A DNA stretch of 38,116 nucleotides from IMG/VR virus record IMGVR_UViG_2802429226_000004, positions 1 to 38,116 of that record; one strand, given 5' to 3'. This document shows, piece after piece, positions 15,660-24,625 of the stretch; position 1 is the stretch's first letter, and each line of letters opens with the position of its first letter. This stretch comes from a virus (lineage: Duplodnaviria > Heunggongvirae > Uroviricota > Caudoviricetes). The position numbers and the translations under genes were made by a program. The notes under the pieces were generated by a model. The model was not told the origin of the DNA. It did not search any database and saw only the letters and a list, made by a program, of their open reading frames with translations.

Positions 15660-17339
15660 ATGGCGGAAACAACTAAAGAGCGATTGAACAAACAGTTCGC
15701 ACAACTTGAAAGCGAGCGTCAGTCGTTCGAGCCGCACTGGCGCGAGTTGAGTGATTACATCAACCCGCGTGGTTCCCGCTTTCTGACTTCTGAGGTCAAC
15801 CGTAACGATCGACGCAATACACGCATTATTGATTCGACCGGGACTATGGCGGCGCGCACTCTCGCCAGCGGCATGATGTCAGGCATCACAAGCCCCGCGC
15901 GTCCGTGGTTTCGCCTGGCTACGCCAGATCCTGAAATGATGGATTATGGCCCTGTTAAGTTGTGGCTTGAGGCGGTGCAGAACCGCATGAACGATATGTT
16001 CAATAAGTCGAATCTCTACCAGTCTCTTCCGCAGTTATACGGAAGCCTCGGCACATACAGCACTGGTGCAATGGCGGTGCTGGAGGATGACGAGGACATC
16101 ATTCGCACAATGCCATTCCCGATAGGCAGTTACTACCTGGCTAACTCACCTCGTGGCAGTGTGGACACCTGTTTTCGCAAGTTCTCTATGACTGTTCGTC
16201 AGCTTGTTCAGGAGTTCGGGCTAAATAACGTCAGCAAATCCGTAAAAAGCATGTGGGAAAGCGGCACCTACGAGAAGTGGATTGAAGTGATGCATTCGGT
16301 TTACCCGAACATTGACCGCGATACATCGAAGCTGGATAGCAAGAACAAGCCATTCAAATCGGTTTATTACGAGGTCGGTGGCGATAACGACAAGTTGTTG
16401 CGTGAGTCCGGATTCGATGAGTTTCCAATTATGGCTCCGCGCTGGGAAGTTAACGGCGAAGATGTTTATGGATCATCATGCCCGGGTATGCTGGCGCTTG
16501 GACCTGTTAAGGCATTGCAGCTTCTCCAGAAGCGCAAGTCGCAGTTGATTGATAAAGCCACCAATCCTCCGATGGTTGCTCCGACTTCCCTCAAGAATCA
16601 GCGCGCCTCCCTTCTTCCTGGCGACATCACGTATATCGATCAGATTACTGGTCAGGATGGCTTCAGGCCTGCTTATCTGGTTAACCCCAGTACAGCAGAT
16701 TTGGTGGCAGACATTCAGGACACTCGTCAAATCATTAACAGCGCCTACTTTGTCGATCTGTTCATGATGTTGCAGAACATCAATACCCGCTCGATGCCTG
16801 TTGAAGCGGTGATCGAAATGAAAGAAGAAAAACTTCTGATGTTGGGGCCGGTTCTGGAGCGTCTGAACGACGAATGTCTTAATCCTCTCATTGACCGCGC
16901 TTTCTCGATGATGGTGCGTAAAAACATGCTGCCGCCACCGCCTGACGCGATGGAAGGCATGCCACTGAAGGTCGAATACATTTCCGTCATGGCTCAGGCG
17001 CAGAAGTCTATCGGCCTGTCCAGTCTGGCGTCCACGGTTAACTTCATTGGTCAACTTGCACAAGCGAAACCAGAAGCTCTCGACAAACTCAACGTTGATC
17101 AGGCGATCGATGCATTCGCTGATATGTCTGGAGTGTCTCCAACCGTCATTGTTCCGCAGGAACAGGTTGAGCAGGCTCGCCAGCAACGGGCACAGCAGCA
17201 ACAGCAGCAACAAATGATGGCGATGGGGATGGCGGCGGCACAGGGTGCCAAGACGCTAAGCGAAGCTAAAACTTCGGATCCGAGTGTTTTGTCAGCTATG
17301 GCGAATGCAGTTAGTGGTCAGGGTGGGCAATCACAATGA
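15660..17339 (+). CDS. portal (head-to-tail connector) protein, T7 gp8-like
   Basis: 559 aa; C-terminal Gln/Ala/Met-rich tail ...QQQQQQQMMAMGMAAAQGAKT... resembles the T7 gp8 C-terminus; gene order portal-scaffold-capsid. Confidence 0.8.
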   Translation: MAETTKERLNKQFAQLESERQSFEPHWRELSDYINPRGSRFLTSEVNRNDRRNTRIIDSTGTMAARTLASGMMSGITSPARPWFRLATPDPEMMDYGPVKLWLEAVQNRMNDMFNKSNLYQSLPQLYGSLGTYSTGAMAVLEDDEDIIRTMPFPIGSYYLANSPRGSVDTCFRKFSMTVRQLVQEFGLNNVSKSVKSMWESGTYEKWIEVMHSVYPNIDRDTSKLDSKNKPFKSVYYEVGGDNDKLLRESGFDEFPIMAPRWEVNGEDVYGSSCPGMLALGPVKALQLLQKRKSQLIDKATNPPMVAPTSLKNQRASLLPGDITYIDQITGQDGFRPAYLVNPSTADLVADIQDTRQIINSAYFVDLFMMLQNINTRSMPVEAVIEMKEEKLLMLGPVLERLNDECLNPLIDRAFSMMVRKNMLPPPPDAMEGMPLKVEYISVMAQAQKSIGLSSLASTVNFIGQLAQAKPEALDKLNVDQAIDAFADMSGVSPTVIVPQEQVEQARQQRAQQQQQQQMMAMGMAAAQGAKTLSEAKTSDPSVLSAMANAVSGQGGQSQ

Positions 17340-17632
17340 CAGATTACGAAGACGATCAACTGAAAGAAGAAAACGCCCGTAAGCAACGTGACATGGCACA
17401 GCGTGAAATTGATGACATTCGCTTTGTCATGAGCAGTGAACAGGGGCGTCGCGTTGTCTGGTCTGTGCTGGAGAAAGGCCGTGTGTTTTCCGCTATCTCA
17501 CCGATGGACGCTATGGCAATGGCATTTAATGAGGGGCAGCGCAATCTGGCGCTGGAACTGTTTCAGCGCGTTATGGCGCATTGCCCTGAACAGTATTTGA
17601 AGATGGCCAAAGAGGCCAGTGAACAGGAGTGA
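17336..17632 (+). CDS. hypothetical virion-module protein
   Basis: 98-aa ORF, ATGA-coupled to the portal gene. Confidence 0.5.
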   Translation: MTDYEDDQLKEENARKQRDMAQREIDDIRFVMSSEQGRRVVWSVLEKGRVFSAISPMDAMAMAFNEGQRNLALELFQRVMAHCPEQYLKMAKEASEQE

Positions 17633-17634
17633 TC

Positions 17635-18330
17635 ATGAATTTATTTGAGCGTTTGCTGTATCGCCGTCTTTGCAATGAGCAACCAGTCGATGGTGGAGCA
17701 GCTCCGGCTGCGTCAGAACCGTCAGCGCCTGCAGGTGATAACCCTGCTCCAGCTGGTGATCCATCACAACAAGAAGGTGATAAGCCGCAACCTGTTGCTG
17801 ATGGCGATAAACCTGCTGATGACAAAAAGCCTGAAAGCGATAAGCAGGGTGAAAAAAAGGACGGCGATAAACCGGATGGTGCGCCGGAGAAGTACGAGTT
17901 TCAGGCTGCCGAAGGCGTAGAGCTGGATACAGAAGCGTTAAAGGAATTCGAGCCGGTGGCGCGAGAACTTAACCTGACCAACGAGCAAGCGCAAAAGCTG
18001 GTTGATGCTTATCCGAAGATTCTGGCAGGTGTTCAGCAGCGCCAGGCAGAAGCCTGGCAGAAAACAACCGAGCAGTGGGCTGCGGATGTAAAAGCTGACA
18101 AAGAAATCGGTGGCGACAAGTTGATTTCTAACCTTAGCGCCGCACAGCGTGCGCTTGACCAGTTCGGGACACCTGAACTCAAAGAATATCTGAACACCAC
18201 CGGGCTGGGTAATCACCCTGATCTGGTCAAAACGTTTGTGAAAATCGGAAAGGCTATGTCTGAAGATGGCATGGTCACCGGTGGTAATGAAGGCCAGCGT
18301 AGTGCGGCCGAAGTGCTCTATGGCAAATAA
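17635..18330 (+). CDS. scaffolding protein (putative)
   Basis: About 232 aa from ATG 17635 (AGGAG upstream); acidic, Pro/Ala/Asp-rich low-complexity N-half followed by helical region; located between portal and major capsid genes. Confidence 0.55.
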   Translation: MNLFERLLYRRLCNEQPVDGGAAPAASEPSAPAGDNPAPAGDPSQQEGDKPQPVADGDKPADDKKPESDKQGEKKDGDKPDGAPEKYEFQAAEGVELDTEALKEFEPVARELNLTNEQAQKLVDAYPKILAGVQQRQAEAWQKTTEQWAADVKADKEIGGDKLISNLSAAQRALDQFGTPELKEYLNTTGLGNHPDLVKTFVKIGKAMSEDGMVTGGNEGQRSAAEVLYGK

Positions 18331-18344
18331 GAGAGGAAATAACA

Positions 18345-19331
18345 ATGACTGTTAAAGGCTTAACTGCGCTAACGCTGGCTGACTGGGGTAAGCGCGTCGA
18401 TCCAAACGGGAAAGTCGATAAGATTATCGAGCTTCTCGGTCAAACTAACCCGATCCTTCAGGATATGCCTTTTGTCGAAGGGAACCTTCCTACCGGACAC
18501 CGAACCACCATTCGTTCTGGTTTACCTTCAGCTACCTGGCGTTTGCTGAACTATGGCGTACAGCCAAGCAAATCAACCACAGTGCAGGTAACCGATTCCG
18601 TTGGCATGCTGGAAACCTATGCTGAAGTCGATAAGTCACTGGCTGATCTGAACGGCAATACCGCCGAATTCCGCCTGTCTGAAGACCGCGCATTTATTGA
18701 AGCGATGAATCAGCAGATGGCGCAGACGCTGTTTTATGGTGATTCCAGCGTTAACCCTCAGCAGTTTATGGGACTGTCCTCCCGCTATTCCAGCCTGTCT
18801 GCAGGTAATGCTCAGAACATCATTGATGCTGGTGGCACGGGTACAGATAACACCTCAATCTGGTTAGTGGTGTGGGGCGAAAACACCGTGCATGGCATCT
18901 TCCCGAAAGGGCAGAAGGCTGGCATTCAGATGGAAGATAAAGGCCAGGTGACACTTGAAGATGCTAATGGCGGCAAGTACGAAGGCTACCGTACCCATTA
19001 CAAATGGGACAACGGACTTGCTCTGCGTGACTGGCGTTATGTTGTTCGCATTGCAAACATCGATGTCAGCAATCTTTCAGAACCTTCCTCTGCCGCAAAT
19101 ATTGCGAAGTTGATGGTTAAAGCACTGCATCGCATTCCAAACCGTGGCATGGGTCGCCCGGTGTTCTACATGAACCGCACTGTAGGCCAGGCTCTTGATT
19201 TGCAGTCTCTGGAGAAAACATCTCTGGCGATTAGCGTAAAAGAGACTGAAGGCGAGTGGTGGACGTCATTCCGTGGTGTACCAATCCGTGAAACTGATGC
19301 GCTTCTGGAAACAGAAGCCCGCGTGGTGTAA
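18345..19331 (+). CDS. major capsid protein
   Basis: 328 aa; GAGAGGA RBS; position after the scaffold gene, followed by a terminator a few genes later. Confidence 0.75.
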   Translation: MTVKGLTALTLADWGKRVDPNGKVDKIIELLGQTNPILQDMPFVEGNLPTGHRTTIRSGLPSATWRLLNYGVQPSKSTTVQVTDSVGMLETYAEVDKSLADLNGNTAEFRLSEDRAFIEAMNQQMAQTLFYGDSSVNPQQFMGLSSRYSSLSAGNAQNIIDAGGTGTDNTSIWLVVWGENTVHGIFPKGQKAGIQMEDKGQVTLEDANGGKYEGYRTHYKWDNGLALRDWRYVVRIANIDVSNLSEPSSAANIAKLMVKALHRIPNRGMGRPVFYMNRTVGQALDLQSLEKTSLAISVKETEGEWWTSFRGVPIRETDALLETEARVV

Positions 19332-19382
19332 CGCCTGTTATTAACCTGTGGGTCGTAACAGACCCACTAATGGAGAAAGAAG

Positions 19383-19820
19383 ATGATCACCGACAAACTG
19401 TTGATGTTCTCCGAAGCACAGGCGGTAACTGATACCGCGGCTTCTACTGACGTAATCGATCTCGGTCCAATTGACGGAAAACGTCGTGATATCGGCGTGG
19501 GTTACCCGCTTGAGTTTTGGGCGCTGGTTAACACAGCCGCCGCAGCAAGCGGTGATGCAACTGTAAACATCCAGTTGCAGACGAGTGAGGATAACAGCTC
19601 ATGGACCACTATTTATGATAGTGGTGCACTGGCAAAGACCACCCTGACAGCAGGTAAACGAGTTGTTTCTGCAAAGGTGCCTGCCGGTGTTCAGCGATAT
19701 CTGCGTGTTAACTACTCCGTCGCAACTGGCCCACTAACGGCTGGCGAATTCACTGCTGGTATCAGTCTTGATGTTGATGCCAATACGCCGTATCCGACCC
19801 GCTCAAAAGTAACTGGTTAA
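19383..19820 (+). CDS. head decoration / capsid-stabilising protein (putative)
   Basis: 145 aa, Thr/Ala/Gly-rich, immediately after the major capsid gene. Confidence 0.5.
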   Translation: MITDKLLMFSEAQAVTDTAASTDVIDLGPIDGKRRDIGVGYPLEFWALVNTAAAASGDATVNIQLQTSEDNSSWTTIYDSGALAKTTLTAGKRVVSAKVPAGVQRYLRVNYSVATGPLTAGEFTAGISLDVDANTPYPTRSKVTG

Positions 19821-19830
19821 GGTGATATCG

Positions 19831-20166
19831 ATGTCAGGTGAGAAACCAAGATACCGCGTTCTGCGCCTCTCTCATATCCATAACACTCTGTGGCCGGAGG
19901 GGGCAGAAATCGAATACGAAGGTGAGCCTGGTAGCGCACTGGAACCTGTTAACGATGCAGCCAGACAGGCAAAAGCAAAGGTTGCAGGAAAGGTGACTAT
20001 GGCAGCAACCAGCACCAAAATCATCAACGATGTGTCAGATGATGGTGAACTGGATAAGCTCCGTGAAGAGTACGAATTGCTCTTTAACGAGAAGCCACAC
20101 CATAACGCCAAAGCCGAAACGCTCCGCGAGAAGATCGCAGATAAGCGTAAAGAACTGGGCGTGTAA
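19831..20166 (+). CDS. hypothetical virion-module protein
   Basis: 112 aa from ATG 19831 with AAGGTG RBS. Confidence 0.45.
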   Translation: MSGEKPRYRVLRLSHIHNTLWPEGAEIEYEGEPGSALEPVNDAARQAKAKVAGKVTMAATSTKIINDVSDDGELDKLREEYELLFNEKPHHNAKAETLREKIADKRKELGV

Positions 20167-20184
20167 GCCTCGCGAATCAGACAA

Positions 20185-20204
20185 GGGGCTTCGGCCCCTT
20201 TATT
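20185..20204 (+). terminator. rho-independent terminator after the capsid gene block
   Basis: GGGGC-TTCG-GCCCC hairpin followed by TTTATT. Confidence 0.7.
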
Positions 20205-20216
20205 GCAGGAGTGTAT

Positions 20217-20540
20217 ATGGAACTCGTAAACCTCAAAACCGGCACTGACAGCTACCAGGATGAGAGCGGAGAAACCAGAACTCGCGATGAATACCCGTGG
20301 GGGCTGTGCATCACTCTTAATAACGACACATTGAATAAGCTGAAGGCGCAACCTCAGGGCGTCGGAACAGAAGTGATGATAACTGCAAAGGCTGTTATTC
20401 GAGGCCTGTCTGCCAGAGAAACTGACGATGGTGTTAATCGCAGCGCCGATCTGCAGATCACTGATATGGCGATCGCTCCTGTTTCCGGGGATGTAGAAAA
20501 ATCAGCGGCTGAAACACTGTACGGCAATGGGGGTGAGTAA
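20217..20540 (+). CDS. hypothetical virion protein
   Basis: 108 aa; AGGAG RBS; ATGA-type overlap with the next gene. Confidence 0.45.
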   Translation: MELVNLKTGTDSYQDESGETRTRDEYPWGLCITLNNDTLNKLKAQPQGVGTEVMITAKAVIRGLSARETDDGVNRSADLQITDMAIAPVSGDVEKSAAETLYGNGGE

Positions 20541-21145
20541 TGGCCTCTGTAGTAGAGATCTGCAATCGTGCGCTGTCCAATATTGGCAATAGCCGCAGCA
20601 TTAACAGCCTGACGGAAGCCAGCAAGGAAGCGGGGGAATGTTCACTGCACTTTGAGGCCTGCCGTGATGCTGTGCTTTCTGATTTTGACTGGAACTTTGC
20701 TACCAAACGCGTGGTGCTTGCAGATACGAACAATCCACCGCCTGACTGGGAATATGCGTACCAGTACCCGTCCGATTGTCTGCGCATTACTGAAATTATG
20801 CTTCCTGGTGTACGCAATCCAACAACAGCAATGCGCGTTCAGTACGAAGTTGGTGCAGACACCAACGGAACAGGAAAATTGATCTACACAGACCAGCCGC
20901 AGGCATGGCTCAAGTATGTCTCTCGCGTTTCAGATGTGAACATGTTTGATGCCATTTTTATGGAGGCGTTGGCCTGGCGTCTTGCGGCAGCTATTAACAT
21001 GGCGCTGACTGGGAATGCAGACCTCGGTACGTTTGCCCTCAATATGTACAATCGCGTGATTCTTAGTGCTGGCTCGCATAGCCAGAATGAATCACAGGAA
21101 CCTCAGCCACCGGTTGATGAGTTTACCATTGCGAGGTTGTCCTGA
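20540..21145 (+). CDS. tail tubular protein A-like adaptor (T7 gp11-like)
   Basis: 201 aa; N-terminal ICNRALSNIGNSRSINSLTE...RDAVLSDFDWNF parallels the T7 gp11 N-terminal pattern (ILASIG...VSTLEG...SRGWTF) as I recall it. Confidence 0.6.
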   Translation: MASVVEICNRALSNIGNSRSINSLTEASKEAGECSLHFEACRDAVLSDFDWNFATKRVVLADTNNPPPDWEYAYQYPSDCLRITEIMLPGVRNPTTAMRVQYEVGADTNGTGKLIYTDQPQAWLKYVSRVSDVNMFDAIFMEALAWRLAAAINMALTGNADLGTFALNMYNRVILSAGSHSQNESQEPQPPVDEFTIARLS

Positions 21146-23616
21146 TGGCTATCAGTTGGATCCAGCCCAGCTTTGCTGGTGGTGAGATTGGACCGTCGTT
21201 GTACGGACGTATCGACATGGCGAAGTACCAGGTGGCATTGCGCAAGTGCGATAACTTTATCGTGCGGCAGTATGGCGGCGTTGAGAATCGACCTGGTACG
21301 CATTTTGTCGGTGCCGCCAAATACCCAAATCGGAAATGCCGCCTGATCCCGTTCCAGTTCTCGACGGTTCAGACTTATGCTCTGGAGTTCGGACACCAGT
21401 ACATGCGCGTTATCAAAGATGGTGCGTTGGTGCTGAACAGCAGCAATGTTATTTATGAAATTGCCACGCCATATACTGAAGCCGATCTGTTCAGAATTAA
21501 ATTCACGCAAAGCGCAGACGTGCTTACGCTGGTTCATCCGGCATACCCGCCGAAAGAGTTGCGCCGCTATGCGCATGACAACTGGCAACTGGTTGATGTG
21601 GTAACGAAGAACGGGCCATTTGAAGATATCAATATTGACGAGTCAGTGACGGTTTATGCCAGCGCCAGCACCGGGACAATTACGTTAACGGCAAGCGCCT
21701 CTATTTTTGGCGCGGAGCAGGTAGGCAAATTGTTCTATCTGGAACAGCCAGCAGTGGATTCAGTACCGGTATGGGAAACCAGTAAGAGTACGTCGATTGG
21801 CGATATTCGCCGTGCAGACAGTAACTACTATCGCGCCGTTACAGCAGGCAAAACAGGCACTTTGCGCCCTTCGCATACAGAAGGCACATCATGGGATGGC
21901 TGGGGCGGCTCCGGTGATGATGATACTGGCATTGAGTGGGAGTATCTGCACAGTGGTTTTGGCATTGCCCGTATAACTGCTGTAAATGGCACTACTGCAA
22001 CTGCTGAGGTGATTTCCTATATCCCTTCGCAGGTCGTTGGCGAGGATAATGCCAGCTATAAATGGGCTAAATATGCCTGGAACAGTGTTAATGGTTATCC
22101 TGGCACTGTTGTTTATTATCAACAGCGTCTTTACTTCGCCGCATCGACTGCGTTCCCTCAGACTATCTGGGCCAGCCGTACTGGGGATTATAAGGATTTT
22201 GGCAAAAGCAATCCTACGCAGGATGACGATAGAATTATCTACACCTATGCCGGGCGTCAGGTTAATGAGATCCGCCACCTGATTGATGTTGGTTCGCTGG
22301 TGGCGCTGACTTCCGGAGGTGAGTACGTCATCACCGGCGACCAGAACAAAGTGTTAACCCCATCATCATTTGCATTCAGCTCTCAGGGATCAAATGGCTC
22401 AAGCAACGTCCCACCAATTGCCGTGGCGAATATTGCTCTGTTCGTCCAGGAGAAAGGCAGTGTTGTCCGTGATCTGGCCTATTCATTCGATGTTGACGGC
22501 TATCAGGGGAACGACCTTACTATCCTTGCCAATCATCTTTTTCAGAAGCACAGCATTGTTGACTGGTGCTTCTCGATTGTCCCTTACTCCAGTGCCTTCT
22601 GCATTCGTGATGACGGTAAATTACTGGTGATGACCTATTTGCGTGATCAGCAGGTTTTTGCATGGGCACCACAATCCAGTACCGGAAAATATGAAAGCAC
22701 ATGCAGTATCAGCGAAGGCAATGAAGATGCGGTGTATTTCGTCGTTAACAGAACCGTTAACGGGCAAACAGTGAGATACATCGAGAGACTGTCCAGCCGT
22801 TTATTTACCAGCGATGAAGATGCTTTCTTTGTTGATTCTGGCCTTAGCTATGATGGAAGAAATACGTCTGACAGAACGATGACCATCACTGGTGGTTCTG
22901 GTGAATGGGATTACCACGCGGAATATACAATCAGTGTTTCTGGTGGTGCGTACTTCACCAGTAGTGATGTTGGTGCGCAACTACAGTTCCCTTATACCGG
23001 AGCTGATCCTGATACTGGCGATGAAGTGTCAAAAGAATTACGTTGCGACATTATTTCTGTAACCAGCAATACCGCAGTAGTGGTTCGTGCTAACAGGAAC
23101 GTCCCGCCATCCCTCAGGAATGTGGCCACCACGAACTGGCAGATGGCGCGCCGGACATTTGGCGGCTTGTCTCATCTTGAAGGCCAGACCGTAAACATCC
23201 TCTCTGATGCGAACGTGGAACCACAAAAAGTGGTTTCCGGAGGTGCCGTCACGCTGGAATCACCGGGGGCTGTTGTGCACATCGGCCTGCCAATAACTGC
23301 TGAATTCGAAACACTGGATATCAACATTAACGGACAGGAAACGCTGCTGGACAAAAAACAGGTGATCCCGTCCGTTACTCTGGTTGTGAATGCCAGTCGC
23401 GGCATCTGGGCGACTACGCCCGGCGGTAAATGGTACGAATATCCACAGCGTGAATTCGAGTTCTACGATGATCCTGTTGATGATGCTACCGGAAAAGTAG
23501 AAGTGAAACTGGACAGTAACTGGGGCAAAAACGGGCGTGTAAAAATCCGTCAGCTTGACCCGTTGCCGCTGTCTGTTCTTGCCGTTATTCCTCGCCTTAC
23601 TGTTGGGGGATTCTGA
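21145..23616 (+). CDS. tail tubular protein B-like (nozzle) protein
   Basis: 823-aa ORF directly after the gp11-like gene, matching the conserved podovirus order gp11-gp12; assignment by size and synteny. Confidence 0.55.
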   Translation: MAISWIQPSFAGGEIGPSLYGRIDMAKYQVALRKCDNFIVRQYGGVENRPGTHFVGAAKYPNRKCRLIPFQFSTVQTYALEFGHQYMRVIKDGALVLNSSNVIYEIATPYTEADLFRIKFTQSADVLTLVHPAYPPKELRRYAHDNWQLVDVVTKNGPFEDINIDESVTVYASASTGTITLTASASIFGAEQVGKLFYLEQPAVDSVPVWETSKSTSIGDIRRADSNYYRAVTAGKTGTLRPSHTEGTSWDGWGGSGDDDTGIEWEYLHSGFGIARITAVNGTTATAEVISYIPSQVVGEDNASYKWAKYAWNSVNGYPGTVVYYQQRLYFAASTAFPQTIWASRTGDYKDFGKSNPTQDDDRIIYTYAGRQVNEIRHLIDVGSLVALTSGGEYVITGDQNKVLTPSSFAFSSQGSNGSSNVPPIAVANIALFVQEKGSVVRDLAYSFDVDGYQGNDLTILANHLFQKHSIVDWCFSIVPYSSAFCIRDDGKLLVMTYLRDQQVFAWAPQSSTGKYESTCSISEGNEDAVYFVVNRTVNGQTVRYIERLSSRLFTSDEDAFFVDSGLSYDGRNTSDRTMTITGGSGEWDYHAEYTISVSGGAYFTSSDVGAQLQFPYTGADPDTGDEVSKELRCDIISVTSNTAVVVRANRNVPPSLRNVATTNWQMARRTFGGLSHLEGQTVNILSDANVEPQKVVSGGAVTLESPGAVVHIGLPITAEFETLDININGQETLLDKKQVIPSVTLVVNASRGIWATTPGGKWYEYPQREFEFYDDPVDDATGKVEVKLDSNWGKNGRVKIRQLDPLPLSVLAVIPRLTVGGF

Positions 23617-24080
23617 TGATTGATGTTCAAATTATTCCCGCTACCGAAGAGCATCTTCAGATGATTTTGCCGGATGTTCGTCAGGCTGATATTGACGAAC
23701 TGTATGCGGTATCGCTGATGACTACCGAAGATGCGCTGCGCGTTGGTCTTCGCACTGCGACTATGGCCTGGTCAGGGTTCGCGAACGGAGAACTGGTAAC
23801 CATGTTTGGTGTATCTCCGGCGTCAATGATCGGTGGCAATGGTACGCCCTGGCTGGTAGGAACCAGCCGTATTGAAAAATATCAGAAGACATTTCTGCGC
23901 CACTGCCGCCCTGTATTGCAGCAGATGCTGGCAGTTTATCCGCGCCTGGAAAACTACGTCGACGAGCGAAACCATGTTGCCAAAGCATGGCTGCACTGGC
24001 TTGGATTCAGGCTTGAAGAAGCCGCGCCTTATGGTGCTCTTGGTCTTAATTTCCACAGATTTCACATGGAGAGAAAATAA
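23616..24080 (+). CDS. internal virion protein (gp13 position), hypothetical
   Basis: 154 aa; overlaps the upstream stop; synteny only. Confidence 0.45.
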   Translation: MIDVQIIPATEEHLQMILPDVRQADIDELYAVSLMTTEDALRVGLRTATMAWSGFANGELVTMFGVSPASMIGGNGTPWLVGTSRIEKYQKTFLRHCRPVLQQMLAVYPRLENYVDERNHVAKAWLHWLGFRLEEAAPYGALGLNFHRFHMERK

Positions 24081-24625
24081 TGTGCGATCCGGTTATTGCT
24101 GGTGGCGCAATGCTCGCCATGAGTGGCATTCAGGCATACACCCAGTACCAACAGGGAAAGTATGCCTCGAAGGTTGCAGAAGCGAACGCAGATATAGCCA
24201 CAGCTCAGGCAAATGATGCAATAAACAGAGGTAACGCTGAAGCTGAGCAACGACGCAGAGAGACCCGACAGCGGCTTGGTACACAGGCGGCGACAATGGG
24301 GGCTACCGGCGCTGATTTATCTACAGGTAACGCGCTGGATATATTTGGCGACACTGCCAAGTTTGGCGCTCTTGATTCGCTGACGACGGTGAATAACGCG
24401 CAACGCGAGGCTTACGGTTATCAGGTTCAGGCTGCCAACTATAAAGCAGAAGCCAGTTCAGCCCGTAAACAGGGGAATGTGGGAGCAGCAACAACATTGC
24501 TCACTGCGCCTCTGAAGGCATACGGTGCGTACCAGATGTTTGGTGGGACGTGGAGTCCGTTTACTCAAAGCACTCCTGCGCCAATCGGGGCAGCAGCAGG
24601 AACCAGATTACCCGGAGGATTATAA
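24080..24625 (+). CDS. internal virion protein B-like (T7 gp14-like)
   Basis: 181 aa; N-terminus MCDPVIAGGAMLAMSGIQAYTQYQQGKY resembles the T7 gp14 N-terminus (MC...AISGAQA...) as recalled; Ala/Gly-rich. Confidence 0.55.
   Translation: MCDPVIAGGAMLAMSGIQAYTQYQQGKYASKVAEANADIATAQANDAINRGNAEAEQRRRETRQRLGTQAATMGATGADLSTGNALDIFGDTAKFGALDSLTTVNNAQREAYGYQVQAANYKAEASSARKQGNVGAATTLLTAPLKAYGAYQMFGGTWSPFTQSTPAPIGAAAGTRLPGGL

Noticed and set aside
16476-17213. 245-aa minus-strand ORF inside the portal gene
   Set aside because: Antisense shadow ORF entirely within a well-supported plus-strand gene; low-complexity His/Arg/Leu-rich translation, no RBS, no partner genes on that strand.
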